In this document: positions 1-12,754 of the stretch, one piece after another | Layout: the number at the start of each line of letters is the position of its first letter | How positions within the stretch are numbered: the first letter of the stretch is position 1 | Origin: Lingula anatina | Taxonomy: Eukaryota > Animalia > Brachiopoda | NCBI GenBank assembly: GCA_051362555.1 | Contig: CM120640.1 | Span: 67,868,788-67,932,787, forward strand | Direction of reading: 5' to 3' | Length of the DNA stretch: 64,000 bases | Program-made: the position numbers and the translations under genes | Notes under the pieces: generated by a model | What the model was told of the DNA's origin: nothing | The model's input: only the letters and a program-made list of their open reading frames with translations | Databases searched by the model: none

Positions 1-1080
1 CATTTTGTTTATAGGTATTTGCTTCCTTATAAGATGACCAAAACCCAAAGCTATTCAAGAGATCAATTAAGTCACAATGGCCATATTTTTGATCTGGTGT
101 AAAGGAGAGTCCTACTTGAAGGGGAGAGAGAAAGGCCCTGTGGCGTACATTATTGCCTGTCCAATAGAAGCACAAAGAAGGTTCGCATTTTTGCTTTTAA
201 TTATGTTTTTTAGCAAAAGTCACAATGAATTCAGCAGAATAGCCAGATTGTGTTCCATGGATTCCATGTCTGATGTGCTTGGGTATACATTTTCATGTTT
301 CTTGGCACTTTTGATTTCACTTCTTATGTTGTGCCCAACAACTTTAATTAGTCCATCCATATTATCATTTTCATTTGTAAATTTTACATGTGATTCTTGG
401 ATTATTTGTTTTACATTCATAATAAGGTGACAATTAGGAGTTTTTGTTTTGTTGATGTTATATGGAAACTTTGCCCCTTTTATGCGCATAAAGTTATTGT
501 GGAAGAGATTTTTTACAGTAAATGCTTTTACTAACATATTCAATTTGCATTATTTCGATAAGTTCATCCAGTGTAACAGTTTCATTGTCATTATTCTCTT
601 AATACTCAATAATGTGCAAGAAAACTTTTTAATATCATCTGTGATGCCAGCAGGTCGTCCTCGTTTTTGAGTTGTTGATAATGCTTCTATTCTTATGTTC
701 CTGGTGTAGCCTTGAGAGGATGTGTCATTAAATACAGGCTCAAAGCCTAAGGAAAACGCAACACCGAACTGGCTGCTTCCACAATTTATTCCAGTGCTCT
801 TTACACTACGTCATGCGCATGTGTGGCCTCATTGTGACCTTAAGCATAGGTTAGGCCACACTTTTTTATTTTTGTGGATGACATCCTCTGGGGACCCCGA
901 AATCGATTTGAGAGGGTGAAATGTCTCTTAAAGTTATTTTCAAACTCTTTGCATCCCAAACATGTATGTGTCCTTGTTGAAAATACAATAGGTTTCTGAC
1001 ACAGTAAACAAACTTTTACCTCCCAGTACATGTATTCACTTTCTAAAAGTGTGATGTGTCCATGAGTAGGGTCTATCAAT
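1..1080 (-). pseudogene. Degraded DNA transposon ORF, Academ-like transposase N-terminal region
   Basis: Frameshifted fragments CLLCQ...KRGRP...ENNDNETVTLDELIEIM...IRSEIK..YPSTSDM...ASIGQAIMYAT..PLQVGLS..DLIDLLNSFGFWSSY, recognised from invertebrate Academ-type transposon proteins; family assignment is from memory. Confidence 0.55.
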
Positions 1081-1260
1081 TTTTCTTGCTGTTAACTTTT
1101 TTTTTTTTTTTTTAACACAAAAAATAGGTAATCTGGGCTATATTAATAATGCAGTTTTCTTGCTTGAAATGCAACCAAAATTCATAATAAAGAAAATAAG
1201 AAAAGACATTCTTTATCAATGCACATTTTTTTTATGTGTGACAAGAAACAATGCTTGCTA

Positions 1261-4200
1261 ATTGTACCACCAGCGTAGGCGCTGGCGGTACCCATGGTTT
1301 TAGTCCCGACCCGTATGTTCCGCCGGCTCCTGCGGCTCCTGCGGCTCCGCCGCCAAGTCACCGTTACTGCTTCTCCTCCTAGACGGTAAGGGCCCCTGTA
1401 CCCATCTCTTGGATTTAGGTCACCTATAATCTCAACTCGTTCCACGTAAAATTTGGGCTTTGTCGGTATTGGGGTCTAGGTGTGGCACTCATTGCAATGC
1501 ACCCTTGTCTAAAAATGGCAAAATTAAATGCTAATTATCTACCCTACGGAAGGAGTTATGGGAAAAATTTCTACAGACAGCTTTCCAAAAGTCATATGTG
1601 TAGATTTCAAATATGCCCTTGGATTTGACCTTTGACCTTTATTTCAAGGTCAAACGGGCCAAAATTTTCAAAAAAATGAAATTTTTTACGAAAAAAAAAT
1701 TTTTTGCCCTGTTATTCAGACACCACACAGACTTAACCAATAATATTATTGGAAAGTGTTATCCTTCAGGTCATCTTTCATCTCCGTGAATTTGGGGTCA
1801 ATCGGTGCATTTTCACGGGAGTAGTGGCCATAAAGTACCGAAACTGAAAACTGTCTCTAATTCGGGAACCGTTAATGCTAGAGACCCATTCTTTTTTTGC
1901 ATTTTGTAGAGCATGTAAAGCCCAACACTGGAGGTGGTCTCCATTTTTTTGTATTCCATACGGTTCTCAAGTTATGCTGTATCAAAAAGTACATAATGGT
2001 GGTGAAAGCAAAATGTGCAGTACGGTAATGGATAATAAATTTTGAACTCTGGAAAAATAATACATAAGGCTTGGCAAAGCAGACAACTTGTGGTCAAAAA
2101 TGACATTATTTCATCAAATTTGAACTTCTGGAACTTCAGAGCACTTCCTATTTTAAGAATTTTGACCAAAATGATGTTTTCTTTATTTTAATTAATCTTT
2201 TCTGTAGGAAATTTATGGCACATTATGGTAACTCCAAAATTATAACATTTAGTCCCTTATATCTCCAAAACTGGCAGAAACAGGTCCATAGTTACTATTG
2301 AAGTTGAATAGGAAGTCATACAGTGGCAATCTTACTGTGACCTTGAAATTGACGTTTGACCTACTTTTCACCATGAACTGAACTTTGCAAATTTTGCTTC
2401 CCTTTTATCTCCAAAACTGGCAGAGATAGGTCCATAGTTACTATTGAAGTTGAATAGGAAGTCATATGGTGGCAATCTTACTGTGACCTTGAAATTGACG
2501 TTTGACCTACTTTTCACCATGAACTGAACTTTGCAAATTTTGCTTCCCTTTTATCTCCAAAACTGGCAGAGATAGGTCCATAGTTACTATTGAAGTTGAA
2601 TGGGAAGTCATATACTGGCAATCCAAATGTGACCTTGAAATTGACCTTTGACCTACTTTTCACCATGAACTGAACTTTGCAAATTTTGCTTCCCTTTTAT
2701 CTCCAAAACTGGCAGAGATAGGTCCATAGTTACTATTGAAGTTGAATGGGAAGTCATATACTGGCAATCTTAATGTGACCTTAAAATTGACCTTTGACCT
2801 ACTTTTCACCATGAACTGAACTTTGCAAATTTTGCTTCCCTTATATCTCCAAAACTGGCAGAGATAGGTCCATAGTTTCTATTGAACTTGAATGGGAAGT
2901 CATATACTGGCAATCTATTGGTGACCTTAAAATTGACCTTTGACCTACTTTTCACCATGAACTGAACTTTGCAAATTTTGCTTCCCTTATATCTCCAAAA
3001 CTGGCAGAGATAGGTCCATAGTTTTTATTGAACTTGAATGGGAAGTCATATACTGGCACTCTAAATGTGACCTTAAAATTGACCTTTGACCTACTTTTCA
3101 CCATGAACTGAACTTTTCAAATTTTGCTTCCCTTTTATCTCCAAAACTGGCAGAGATAGGTCCATAGTTTTTATTGAACTTGAATGGGAAGTCATATACT
3201 GGCACTCTAAATGTGACCTTAAAATTGACCTTTGACCTACTTTTCACCATGAACTGAACTTTTCAAATTTTGCTTCCCTTATATCTCCAAAACTGGCAGA
3301 GATACGTCCATAGTTACTATTGAAGTTGAATGGGAAGTCATATACTGGCAATCTAAATGTGACCTTAAAATTGACCTTTGACCTACTTTTCACCATGAAC
3401 TGAACTTTGCAAATTTTGCTTCCCTTGTATCTCCAAAACTGGCAGAGATAGGTCCATAGTTACTATTGAACTTGAATAGGAAGTCATATACTGGCAATCT
3501 AAATGTGACCTTAAAATTGACCTTTGACCTACTTTTCACCATGAACTGAACTTTGCAAATTTTGCTTCCCTTTTATCTCCAAAACTGGCAGAGATAGGTC
3601 CATAGTTACTATTGAACTTGAATAGGAAGTCATATATTGGCAATCTAAATGTGACCTTAAAATTGACCTTTGACCTACTTTTCACTATGAACTGAATTTT
3701 GCAAATTTTGCTTCCCTTTTATCTCTAAAGTTACGCTGTATCAAAAAATACATATTGGTGGTGAAAGCAAAATGTGCAGTACGGTAATGGATAATAAATT
3801 TTGAACTCCGGAAAAATAATACATAAGGCTTGGCAAAGCAGACAACTTGTGGTCAAAAATGACATTATTTCATCAAATTTGAACACCTGGAACTTCAGAG
3901 CACCTCCCATTTCAAGAATTTTGACCAAAATGACCTTTTCTTTATTTTAATTAATTTTTTCTGTAGGAAATGTATGGCACTTTATGGTAACTCCAAAATT
4001 ATAACATTTAGTCCCTTTTATCTGCAAAACTGGCAGAGATAGGTCCATAGATACTATTGAACTTGAATAGAAAGTCATATACTGGCAATCTTACTGTGAC
4101 CTTGAAATTGACATTTGACCTATTTTTCACCATGAACTGAACTTTGCAAATTTTGCTTCCCTTTTATCTCCAAAACTGGCAGAGATAGGTCCATAGTTAC

Positions 4201-4919
4201 TATTGAACTTGAATAGGAAGTCAAATACTGGCAATCTTACTGTGACCTTGAAATTGACCTTTGACCTACTTTTCACCATGAACTGAATTTTGTAAATTTT
4301 GCTTCCCTTTTATCTCTAAAACTGGCAAAGATAGGTCTATAGTTACTATTGAACTTGAATAGGAAGTCATATACTGGCAATCTAAGTGTGACCTTGAAAT
4401 TGACCTTTGACCCACTTTTTATCATGAATTGAACTTTGCAAATTTTGGTTCCCTTTTATCTCCAAAACTAGCGAGATAGGTCCATAGTTACTATTGAAAT
4501 TGAATAGGAAGTCATATACTGGCAATCTAAGTGTGACCTTGAAATTGACCTTTGATCTACTTATTATCATGAACTGAACTCTGCTAATTTCTTTCTCTTT
4601 TAACTCCAAACCTGGCAGAGATAGGTCCATAGTTACTATTGAACTTGAATAGGAAGTCATATACTGGCAATTTACTGTGACCTTGAAAATGACCTTTCAC
4701 CTACCTTACGATGAACTTAAATTTGATTGTACCATTTTTAGTTTCATATATTTTTTGCAAATATTGAAAATTCTTGTTGATTGCATGTTTACAGCTTGTC
4801 AAGCACAAGACTGGTGGCTGTGTCCCTTATTTTGTGTATGTGGGGGTCTATACGAATGCGCTTGCTCCAGCTGGTGGTACAATATTCGGAGGCGGTATCG
4901 CCTCTCTGATCCTCTAGTT
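1261..4919 (+). mobile_element. Non-autonomous Helentron-like element (HINE/DINE-1 architecture) carrying a satellite array
   Basis: Perfect 14-bp subTIRs ATTGTACCACCAGC (1261-1274) / GCTGGTGGTACAAT (4870-4883); 5' hairpin 1264-1291; CGGCTCCTG microsatellite 1319-1353; central tandem repeats; 3' hairpin GAGGCG-GTAT-CGCCTC (4889-4904) followed by CTAGTT. Confidence 0.8.
2254..4720. repeat. 146-bp tandem satellite: 10 units, then a ~285-bp spacer, then ~5 units
   Basis: The CAGAGATAGG-type anchor recurs at 2275, 2421, 2567, 2713, 2859, 3005, 3151, 3297, 3443, 3589, then 4034, 4180, 4326, ~4472, 4616; the spacer 3729-4012 duplicates 1970-2253. Confidence 0.95.
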
Positions 4920-5239
4920 ATCATAAGTGAACTTTATGAAAACCTATTAATACCCATATCAACATATGTAGAGCCTAGTTTATATTTGCTCATTTGTTTT
5001 ATTTTACTCAATTTCTATATCACTGAAATGCTCACTATCGCTGCTGCCATCACTGTCAAACAGAGAGTCAAAGTCACTGATGTCTTCATCAGATGTGTTA
5101 TGCAGTTCCAATCTTGCTGATTGGTACTGTATAGCACCACTTGCAGCTGTTGACTCATCATCAGCATCTCCCCTGTTATCTTCCTGTAATGAGGTAGTTG
5201 AACCCTATGTTAGCATCCTCCAAAAGCTTCTGCGTATAT

Positions 5240-5790
5240 GCCTTGAAAGTTGGTCAGTGGGCTCATTGACTGTTGGAATTCCACCATTGTATTAACTTGT
5301 CTGGGTTGAAATACTTGATCTCAGGGGAAAGGAGCTTCATCTCATCAAGCTGCGACAGCCATACGAAGTCTGTCATGGGCCTGTTGTGCTTAGCCAGAGC
5401 ACGAGCAATGTGGAAGAGCACCTCTAATTTGTCATAGGCAGCCTTGTTTAACTTTTTGATGGACAGAAAGGCTTCACTTTGTGCTGGCTTGGCATAGTTT
5501 TGAACGCGAGTTTCTGCAACCGTATGGCTCTCACTGAGCTGATGGTCCTTCAAGGTAGTCCTTTTGAAGTTTGTACATCCCATGACGAAAGGGCCCTTGG
5601 AATATTTCCTAAAGACCCCCTGTCCAGCAGCTTGGCCACACTGAGGGCTCCATACGCTGACCCCCGTCAAACAAGACCCAGGGATATTCCTTCTCCCAGT
5701 CAGCCTTAAAGGACCGCTGCCTACTTTATTCACAGTCTCCCTTACTTTTTTTTTTTTTTTTTTTTCGCGTCGAGGGTTCATCTCCACTTC
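5240..5790 (-). pseudogene. Internally deleted hAT (ZNF862-like) transposase remnant
   Basis: N-terminal motifs FVMGCTNFKRTTLKDHQLSESH and KLEVLFHIARALAKHNRPMTDFVWLSQLDEMK are joined directly to a C-terminal-type motif (PEIKYFNPDKLIQWW); no catalytic core. Confidence 0.7.
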
Positions 5791-6334
5791 TGTCTCGGGA
5801 CTCTCCTTTCCCTGTGGCCGCTGGCGAACGAGTCAAGAAACGAAGCATGACACATGTGTAGGGAATGTAATCAAACACAACCTTCATTTCAAAAGTGTTT
5901 GGAAAATTATGCTAAAGCAGAATAACTTGACCTAATTCCAGCCATAGAGATTTGTCCCTGTATATAATTGTACCATTAATCAACAATCAAAAGTTAAGTG
6001 GCAATGCTGGCTGGTTTTCATAATTGCATGAAGATTACCATCTCTACTGGCATGCAATGTAAAGCCTTGAAAATAAGGCACAATCCCATCTGAGCATTGA
6101 AACCTTTGCCCTGTTTTTTATGTTGACTTTGTTATTGGTGGTATAAAACACTTTGCATAACATACCATACTTCTCTAAGATAGGTTTCTGTCTTCCACCG
6201 GAAATGACCTCTGACCTATGACATTGGATTCTGGGATACCTCTTTTCCTTAGACTGTCATAAACACAAAAATAAAGATACTTGCATAAATTCTAACTATT
6301 GTAACATGTAACTAAGAAACATAATAACACTAGC

Positions 6335-6940
6335 TTGTGGTTCTGCCGTTTCCATTGCACGACCAAGGGTAAATAAATTTCGTGGTGTCATGTCCTGTTC
6401 TCTTAGTGCTTTTCTTCTTAGTCGGTTTGATTTTAAGTTTTGTATGACTTGACTTCATATTTCTTTGTCTAAGTTGGTAAATTCACAGTCTTTTGACAGT
6501 TGGCATAATACAGTTACATCTAGCGCCTGATTCTCTGACTGTTTGCACATGCTAAACTTATGTACTTCCATTTGCACGCATTTTCTCGGTGAAAAATAGT
6601 CTGACAGTACCTGTTTAGTGGCATCCTAGGTGAGTTCTGTGTCTCCCTTTTCTGCCACGTAGATATCGAACACTCTTTCTCCTGCACGGTGAAGTAACAG
6701 CGCCCGTTTCCAACTGCTATTGTCAGTTGCCATATCTGTAAATAACATTTTATCTGCATATTCAAATGCCTGGAAATATGGTAAGTGCTCTGAGAAGCCT
6801 TTCTCAGTTTTTGTCAGGATTCTCATTTTTACTTTCACTGTGCTTGTTCTTACTTTTAAATCTTTGCCATTCTTATCAAAAGCTGGAACTGAAGGACCTG
6901 GTAAATTTGTACTACTACACATGCTCTCTACCATCTTGAC
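6335..6940 (-). pseudogene. Degraded Gypsy LTR retrotransposon gag
   Basis: Fragments KRALLLHRAGERVFDIY and RQLSKDCEFTNLDKEI*SQVIQNLKSNRLRRKALREQDMT..LGRAME, with stops and frameshifts; no pol or LTR seen. Confidence 0.75.
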
Positions 6941-7952
6941 TTCACGTTTGGCACTTGTAAGGGTGTTTGCCTTTTTTTGCTTCTAAAAAAGTTTGTAACC
7001 AAGTAGTATTTTTTTACACAAAAGCTTACAACTCTTTTGCAAAATTAAGGTATATCAACAAACTTGCTTTAGAATGCTTAAAGAATGAATTAGGTCACAT
7101 CTGACTTAGCCGTCTTCACAAGTGGCATGTCACAAGCTAAACTGCATGAATGTGCATGCACAAGCTTATCTTATTTAAGACAGACATTTTTTATACAAAA
7201 TAAAATTCTCTGAAGTCTCATTGGTGGAGCTTTCAGTGACACTTGAAATGTGCCTGATCTTTTAAGTCTTGTAATTTTTTTAATGTCTGCACTGTCCTAT
7301 GCTATTATTGGTGGGTCAAACTGTGGAGATGCAGTGGTTTTTAAATTACAAATGAATTATAAATCAAATACACCATTCTTTTGTCATTAGCATTATTTAA
7401 ACAAGGCAGCAAAGCTGTCAAATGTACAGACAAAAACAGAAAATAAAGATGCAAAAAAAGGTCATTTTGTCAATTTTGATGCAATAATAATGCTTATAAT
7501 AGCACTGTCAGTCAACACTGAATTTTAATCATGCACAACAGGTAACATGGTCAATAACGGGAGCGGACCCTGAGATATTGTCTGACAGCATTCCAAAGTA
7601 TCTATGTTGATCCATCCTCCATTGTGATGGTCTTCCAACAGAAAAAAATAGATACCAGTCAATATAAACTTAATAACCTGTCTTCAAGAAGACCCAGAAG
7701 ATGGTCACAATGCACCCCTTCAATAAGATTACAGTTTCAGGACCATGAGAGACTATAGTCACATGATGCAAGTCTCAATATTTGAAAAATGATGACAGTG
7801 CATAAAATAATTTTATATAATGTTTAAAGACATAAAAAACAATACAATTGCTTATGTGGAAATACAGAAAATGTGCAGAGCCTCGAGCGGATGAGAGTTA
7901 AAAGTCACAAATGCAAGTGTTTGAGAAAAAATTGTAAAGGAAAACATAACAA

Positions 7953-8177
7953 AACTAGAAAACCACCGAGAGTGCAGACCTCTGCCAAGGCAGCAATTGT
8001 TGATTATTGATTGATAATTGAGCCAGACCACCACTAAAAACTAATCATTGTCCTCTTTGGCCCTATTCTGACAGTTCCTGAAAATTTCAGCAAAATCAGT
8101 CCATAACTTTTTGAGTTATGTTGATGACAGACAAACAGGGGAGAAAATATAACCTCCTAGGCAGAGCCTGAGGTAAA
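7953..8177 (-). mobile_element. Short HINE/Helitron-N-type element
   Basis: AACTAG end, subTIR ACCTCTGCCAAGG (7978-7990) / CCTAGGCAGAG..GT (8156-8174), typical core ttcctgaaaatttcagcaaaatc..ccataactttttgagtt, and a GACA/AAAC microsatellite remnant. Confidence 0.7.
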
Positions 8178-8218
8178 TATAATTTCAATGAAGCTGCTAT
8201 TCAAACTTTTAATCTTTG

Positions 8219-8220
<2 letters not shown>

Positions 8221-8275
<55 letters not shown>
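8221..8275. repeat. (TA)n microsatellite
   Basis: Direct reading. Confidence 0.95.
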
Positions 8276-8279
<4 letters not shown>

Positions 8280-8479
8280 ACCTGCATAATTATCACTGCT
8301 TCCTTATTATTAATCTAGCAGAGAGCTTAACTTTTGGGAGTTTACAAGGAAATATCAACAAGTGTGCTTTATGTAATCTCCTTTAATGGCCTATCAATTA
8401 GGCAAATGACTTTATAACTCAGAAATTAGCTAAGTGATACCCAAGGGATATTAACAGACTGACCCTCTCAAAGGTCTTT

Positions 8480-10240
8480 CAGGCCCATAAGTCACATCTT
8501 AAGAAAAGCACAAAACAATAATGCACAAAATAGGAGACTACCAATTCTGATGCAATAATACATTATGTTTTACTGCACAGTCAACATCAAATTTTAATTA
8601 TGCACAACAGGTAACAACGACGAAAGTAAAAGCATAAGGCTTCAGGCCCATCAGAGTTCAAGTTTATACTTAGAAAGTGCCAGAATGAGAAAAATGAAAA
8701 TTTCACACAAAATTGCATAAATTCAATAATAAATGATAACCCAATTGACCTGGCTTTCTAATTTGAACTGCATGCCAATCCTAAAAATCATACTTGTAAG
8801 TTAAAAATAATAATAAGTAACACAGTTTTCTTTTCATAATGTTTGCAGTAGCAATGCAAAAATATTGTTGTCAATTTTGATGTAACATTACTTAATAAAT
8901 TGTAGAATAATTATCACCAATTTTTGATTATTGACAATAAATAGCATGGACATGTAGAAAATTTGATTACCATTCAACTTCATGTCAATGGGAGCTCCGA
9001 GTCCCACAATGAATATGCCAAAAAGATAATGAATATTTCACTCAAATGTATAACTTCCAGAAAAAGAAGCCAATTAGACTGCTTTTCAACTCATTCTGCA
9101 TTTTATCCCGTGTTTCTTTTTTAAAGGTTTGACAGTCATAACACGGTTTTCCAATAATGCTCATCATGGCAGCAGCACCAAAAATTGTGTTTTCTTCTAT
9201 TTTGATGCTATATTACATAATGCTTAACAGCATAATGACCATCAATTTCTAATAATAGAATATTAGTAACATGGACATTCAGAAAACGTGACAAGCAAAG
9301 GTCTTCAGGATCATGGAACTTCAAAGTCACACCTTGAAAATGCCAATAAGTGAAAAATTAAATTTTCACAAAAAAACTGTTTAACTGCCAAAAAAAATTA
9401 CCAAACAGACTGCATTGCCTACTGAAGCTGTATTTTAGCCCCATGTTTCTTTCCTGTAAGTTTGAAAACAGTAAGAGCGCATTCTCAACGAATTAAGCCA
9501 GGCTTTACAAAGCCGGTGACCTAAAAATGGCGGACGTACATGAAAGAAAAACCGCCTAATCTTTTAATAGTCTCTCCGCCTCTCACACGCCTCCCCACAC
9601 GTCGTCCCTGCGGGGTACAGTAATTAAATCTCGGCTCCGAACATTAATATTTCCGTGAATATCTCTGGTGATATTATCTCCGTGGATAGTCGATTCATTG
9701 CTGCTCTACGGGCCAAATTATTCCTTTTTCGTCTCTGTTTTCAAAGATAATAGAACAGAAGAGCTTTTTTCCTTCGATCGCCTTCAGCCGCCATGCTTTC
9801 TTCACCACGAGTTTAACTGGTGAGCATGCGCACTTAATATTTCTCAGGTAGCTTCCGCATGGCGAACGGAGACGCGATTTAATTACTGTACCCCGCAGGG
9901 ACGACGTGTGGGGAGGCGGAGAGACTATTAAAAGATTAGGCGGTTTTTCTTTCATGTACGTCCGCCATTTTTAGGTCACCGGCTTTGTAAAGCCTGGCTT
10001 AATTCGTTGAGAATGCGCTCTAAGTGACATGGTTTTTCTTAAATGGTCATCATGGGAGCAGTGCCCAAAATAGGGGTTTCTTCAAATTTTGATGCAATAT
10101 TACATAATGTTTAACAGCATAATGACCATCAATTTTTAATCATAAAATATTAGTATCATGGATATTCAGAAAATGTGATTAGCAAAGGTCTGCAGGCTCA
10201 TGAAACTTCAAAGTCACATCTTAAAAATGCCAAAATGTAA
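8480..10240. repeat. Old diverged tandem repeat (~340-bp unit) interrupted by the MITE
   Basis: 9130-9350 aligns with 10021-10240 (ttttgatgc.atattacataatg.ttaacagcataatgaccatcaattt...ttcaaagtcaca); related copies near 7460, 8530 and 8870. Confidence 0.65.
9475..10020. mobile_element. PIF/Harbinger (Tourist-like) MITE, 546 bp
   Basis: Near-perfect ~150-165-bp TIRs starting GAGCGCATTCTCAACG and ending CGTTGAGAATGCGCTC; TAA target-site duplication at 9472-9474 and 10021-10023. Confidence 0.9.
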
Positions 10241-10629
10241 ACAAGACAGCACTGTTCTGAAATGGGTTTATTTCCATTTTTAACATTTTAACATAAAACA
10301 AAATAAACAGTTTGTTGCCATTTTTATATGACCAACTAAGAAAATTGATGAGATGGGAAAAATATCAATAGAACAGTGTTTAATGTCCAATTTCCTCCAG
10401 TCTGAGATTCTGAACATAGTGGATGATTGAATCTGACAAACTGCAATGATATGAGTTTATTACCATTTTTGATACTTTATTACACAATACACGATAACAA
10501 GTTTACCATCATTTTAACACAATCAATTAACAATGATGTAAAGATGCAGGAAATATCAAACAAACACTTTTACGTATCTTATTAGTTAAATTATGAGACT
10601 GTTAACATGCCTAATAATTGAATCTGAGG

Positions 10630-11095
10630 AAATGTGAAAAAACAGCATAACTTCTAAAATAAAGGCCCGATCATGCTGATTTTCGAACTTGACCTGCGTA
10701 TTATGAATATCCATCAGTTCTGTTAGTTTCAAGCCAAAAGGTAAAATGTTATTTCACTTATCGTGTTATCGGTGTTGCATATATGCTGAGAAAAGTGAAA
10801 AAACAGCGTAACTTCCCTAAAAATGACCCTATCATGCTGATTTTCGAACTTGACCTGAGGATTATGAATATTCATCAGTTTTGTAAGTTTCAAGCCAAAA
10901 AGTAAAATGGTTTTCCACTTATCGTGTTATCGGTGCTGCATATATGCTGAAAAAAGTGAAAAAACAGCATAACTTCCCTAAAAATGGCCCAATCATGCTG
11001 ATTTTCGAACTTGACCTGCGTATTCGGAATATTCACCAGTTCTGTAAGTTTCAAGCCAAAAGCAAAAACGGTGTTCCACTTATCGTGTTATCGGT
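10630..11095. repeat. 161-bp tandem repeat, ~3 copies
   Basis: TCATGCTGATTTTCGAACTTGACCTG at 10671, 10832 and 10993. Confidence 0.92.
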
Positions 11096-11651
11096 AAAAG
11101 TGCACGACGGCGCTGACGGCGCCGACGGCGACGACAGACGCAGATCATGGCTATATGTACAGACACATCTGTGTCTGTACATAAAAAAACAATGTTCATG
11201 CACTGTAAAAATAAATATTTATTTATATTATGACTTTGCTTTGTTGCTTGTTTGCCTTTTTTGTTCAGTGATCCACCTTACTTCTGACAGGTAAGGGATG
11301 TATGAAGTTTAAACACCTCAATATTAATAATACAAACTGAATTTTTTATAGGATTTTTTAAAGTAAATTATAAATAATTCTCAGGAATTATAATATGGAC
11401 AGAATTGTGCTGTCCTGCCCACTAAAATATGTATTTTCTCTTTTTCTGAAGTGGATTTATAATTATGATAAAATTATGATGTAAATAGTGGCAACAAAAC
11501 TGAATTGAATTTGGAATGCTATAAAGCAGGATATTATCCACATAAAAGTATATTTATTATAAATATTAACAAAAAATAAACTTCATCACATTAAAGCATT
11601 TTTCATCATCACACAGCCTCCAGAGGGCAGTTGCAGCCGAAGGTCAACAAA

Positions 11652-11952
11652 TCACAATTCATCTTTTTGGCCACTTGACATCTGTGAGATCAATTGGTTA
11701 ATCGTTTTAGACATTTTACTAAAATACAAATCCTCTTCTTCATCTTGTCTCTCTTGTAGCGATAAAGCATCATATTCAGTCTTTAACTGGTCTAAAGTTT
11801 TTCTAGCCAACTTAAAACTGCCCATACAAGAGGACTGCAAGGTGTGCATTGCATTCAGTATCTTCTCCCTGGTGTCGTGGTCAGGTGTGTCCAGCAGCCT
11901 GGGGATCAACTCACACCAACCCTGGTCCAGCAGGCTTTGGAGCAGGGGAGCA
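11652..11952 (-). CDS. SIL1: SIL1 last coding exon (KDEL)
   Basis: [20 protein letters not shown]...MSSGQKDEL*; AATAAA on the - strand at 11558-11553. Confidence 0.94.
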
Positions 11953-12695
11953 CTAGGATGGAAAAACATTCAAATATCTTATTGAAAAAATTCATTTCTA
12001 TATAATTATTACTTCATAGTTAATTTAAAGTTTCTGGCATTAAAATGAATGAAGAAGCTATCAACTGCTGTCCCTTTAATTTAATAGTAAATTTGTTTTG
12101 AAGTGCCATAATGTTATACTATGGGCTTGGTATACGCCCTAAAATACAAATATTTTTATATTCCTTGCCAATTAAATGCTATTCACTGAATTTTCTTCAT
12201 TGCCTTTACATCATCTATAATAAAGAACACCTGAAGACAACAATTTCGTTTGTTGCCCAACTTTTGAAAGTGGATATAAATGTCACTTTTCACTTGTTAT
12301 AACTTGGCCTATAAAATGGTCATTACTTACTTTAAATATTGCTGTATTTTTTCCTGGTGATGGACATTCTTTTTGTCTAAATGCCTCTCTGCCAGATTCT
12401 GCAACAAACAAAACAAAACTACAACCATCAATAGAGCAAATTGTGTTAGTTGAGCACATTGTGTTAGTTGAGCACACTGATACTGAAGCACCTGATTGTG
12501 ATTTTCAGTTTAATGAGAAAGGGATGCAAATCAAACAAATTTACACATAACAGACAAAAAGATATATAATATAATTATGCAATGTCCAAATTTACCCCCA
12601 TCTTTCTTTGTTTGCATTTTCCTAACAGGCCAAAACTATGAATCTTAATACCAGTCAACCCTCAAGTTAACATCAACACAGAGAACCGAAACAGC

Positions 12696-12754
<59 letters not shown>

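Larger units (their letters stand above)
7399..11189 (-). mobile_element. Second composite non-autonomous Helentron-like element, reverse orientation, with nested insertions
   Basis: Left end AAACAAG + hairpin GGCAGC-AAA-GCTGTC + subTIR ATGTACAGACA (7422-7432); right end GACGGC microsatellite + 13-bp hairpin TATGTACAGACAC-ATCT-GTGTCTGTACATA (11154-11183), which contains the complementary subTIR, then an A-run. Confidence 0.65.

Noticed and set aside
1972-4660. Duplicated 65-aa ORFs and the 92-aa ORF in the array; regular repeat spacing superficially like CRISPR
   Set aside because: The ORFs are by-products of the duplicated leader and satellite. Units are whole-length near-identical with no unique spacers, there are no cas genes, and the context is eukaryotic.
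9695-9955. 86-aa ORF inside the MITE
   Set aside because: Lies largely in the TIR and has no transposase or Myb/SANT motifs.
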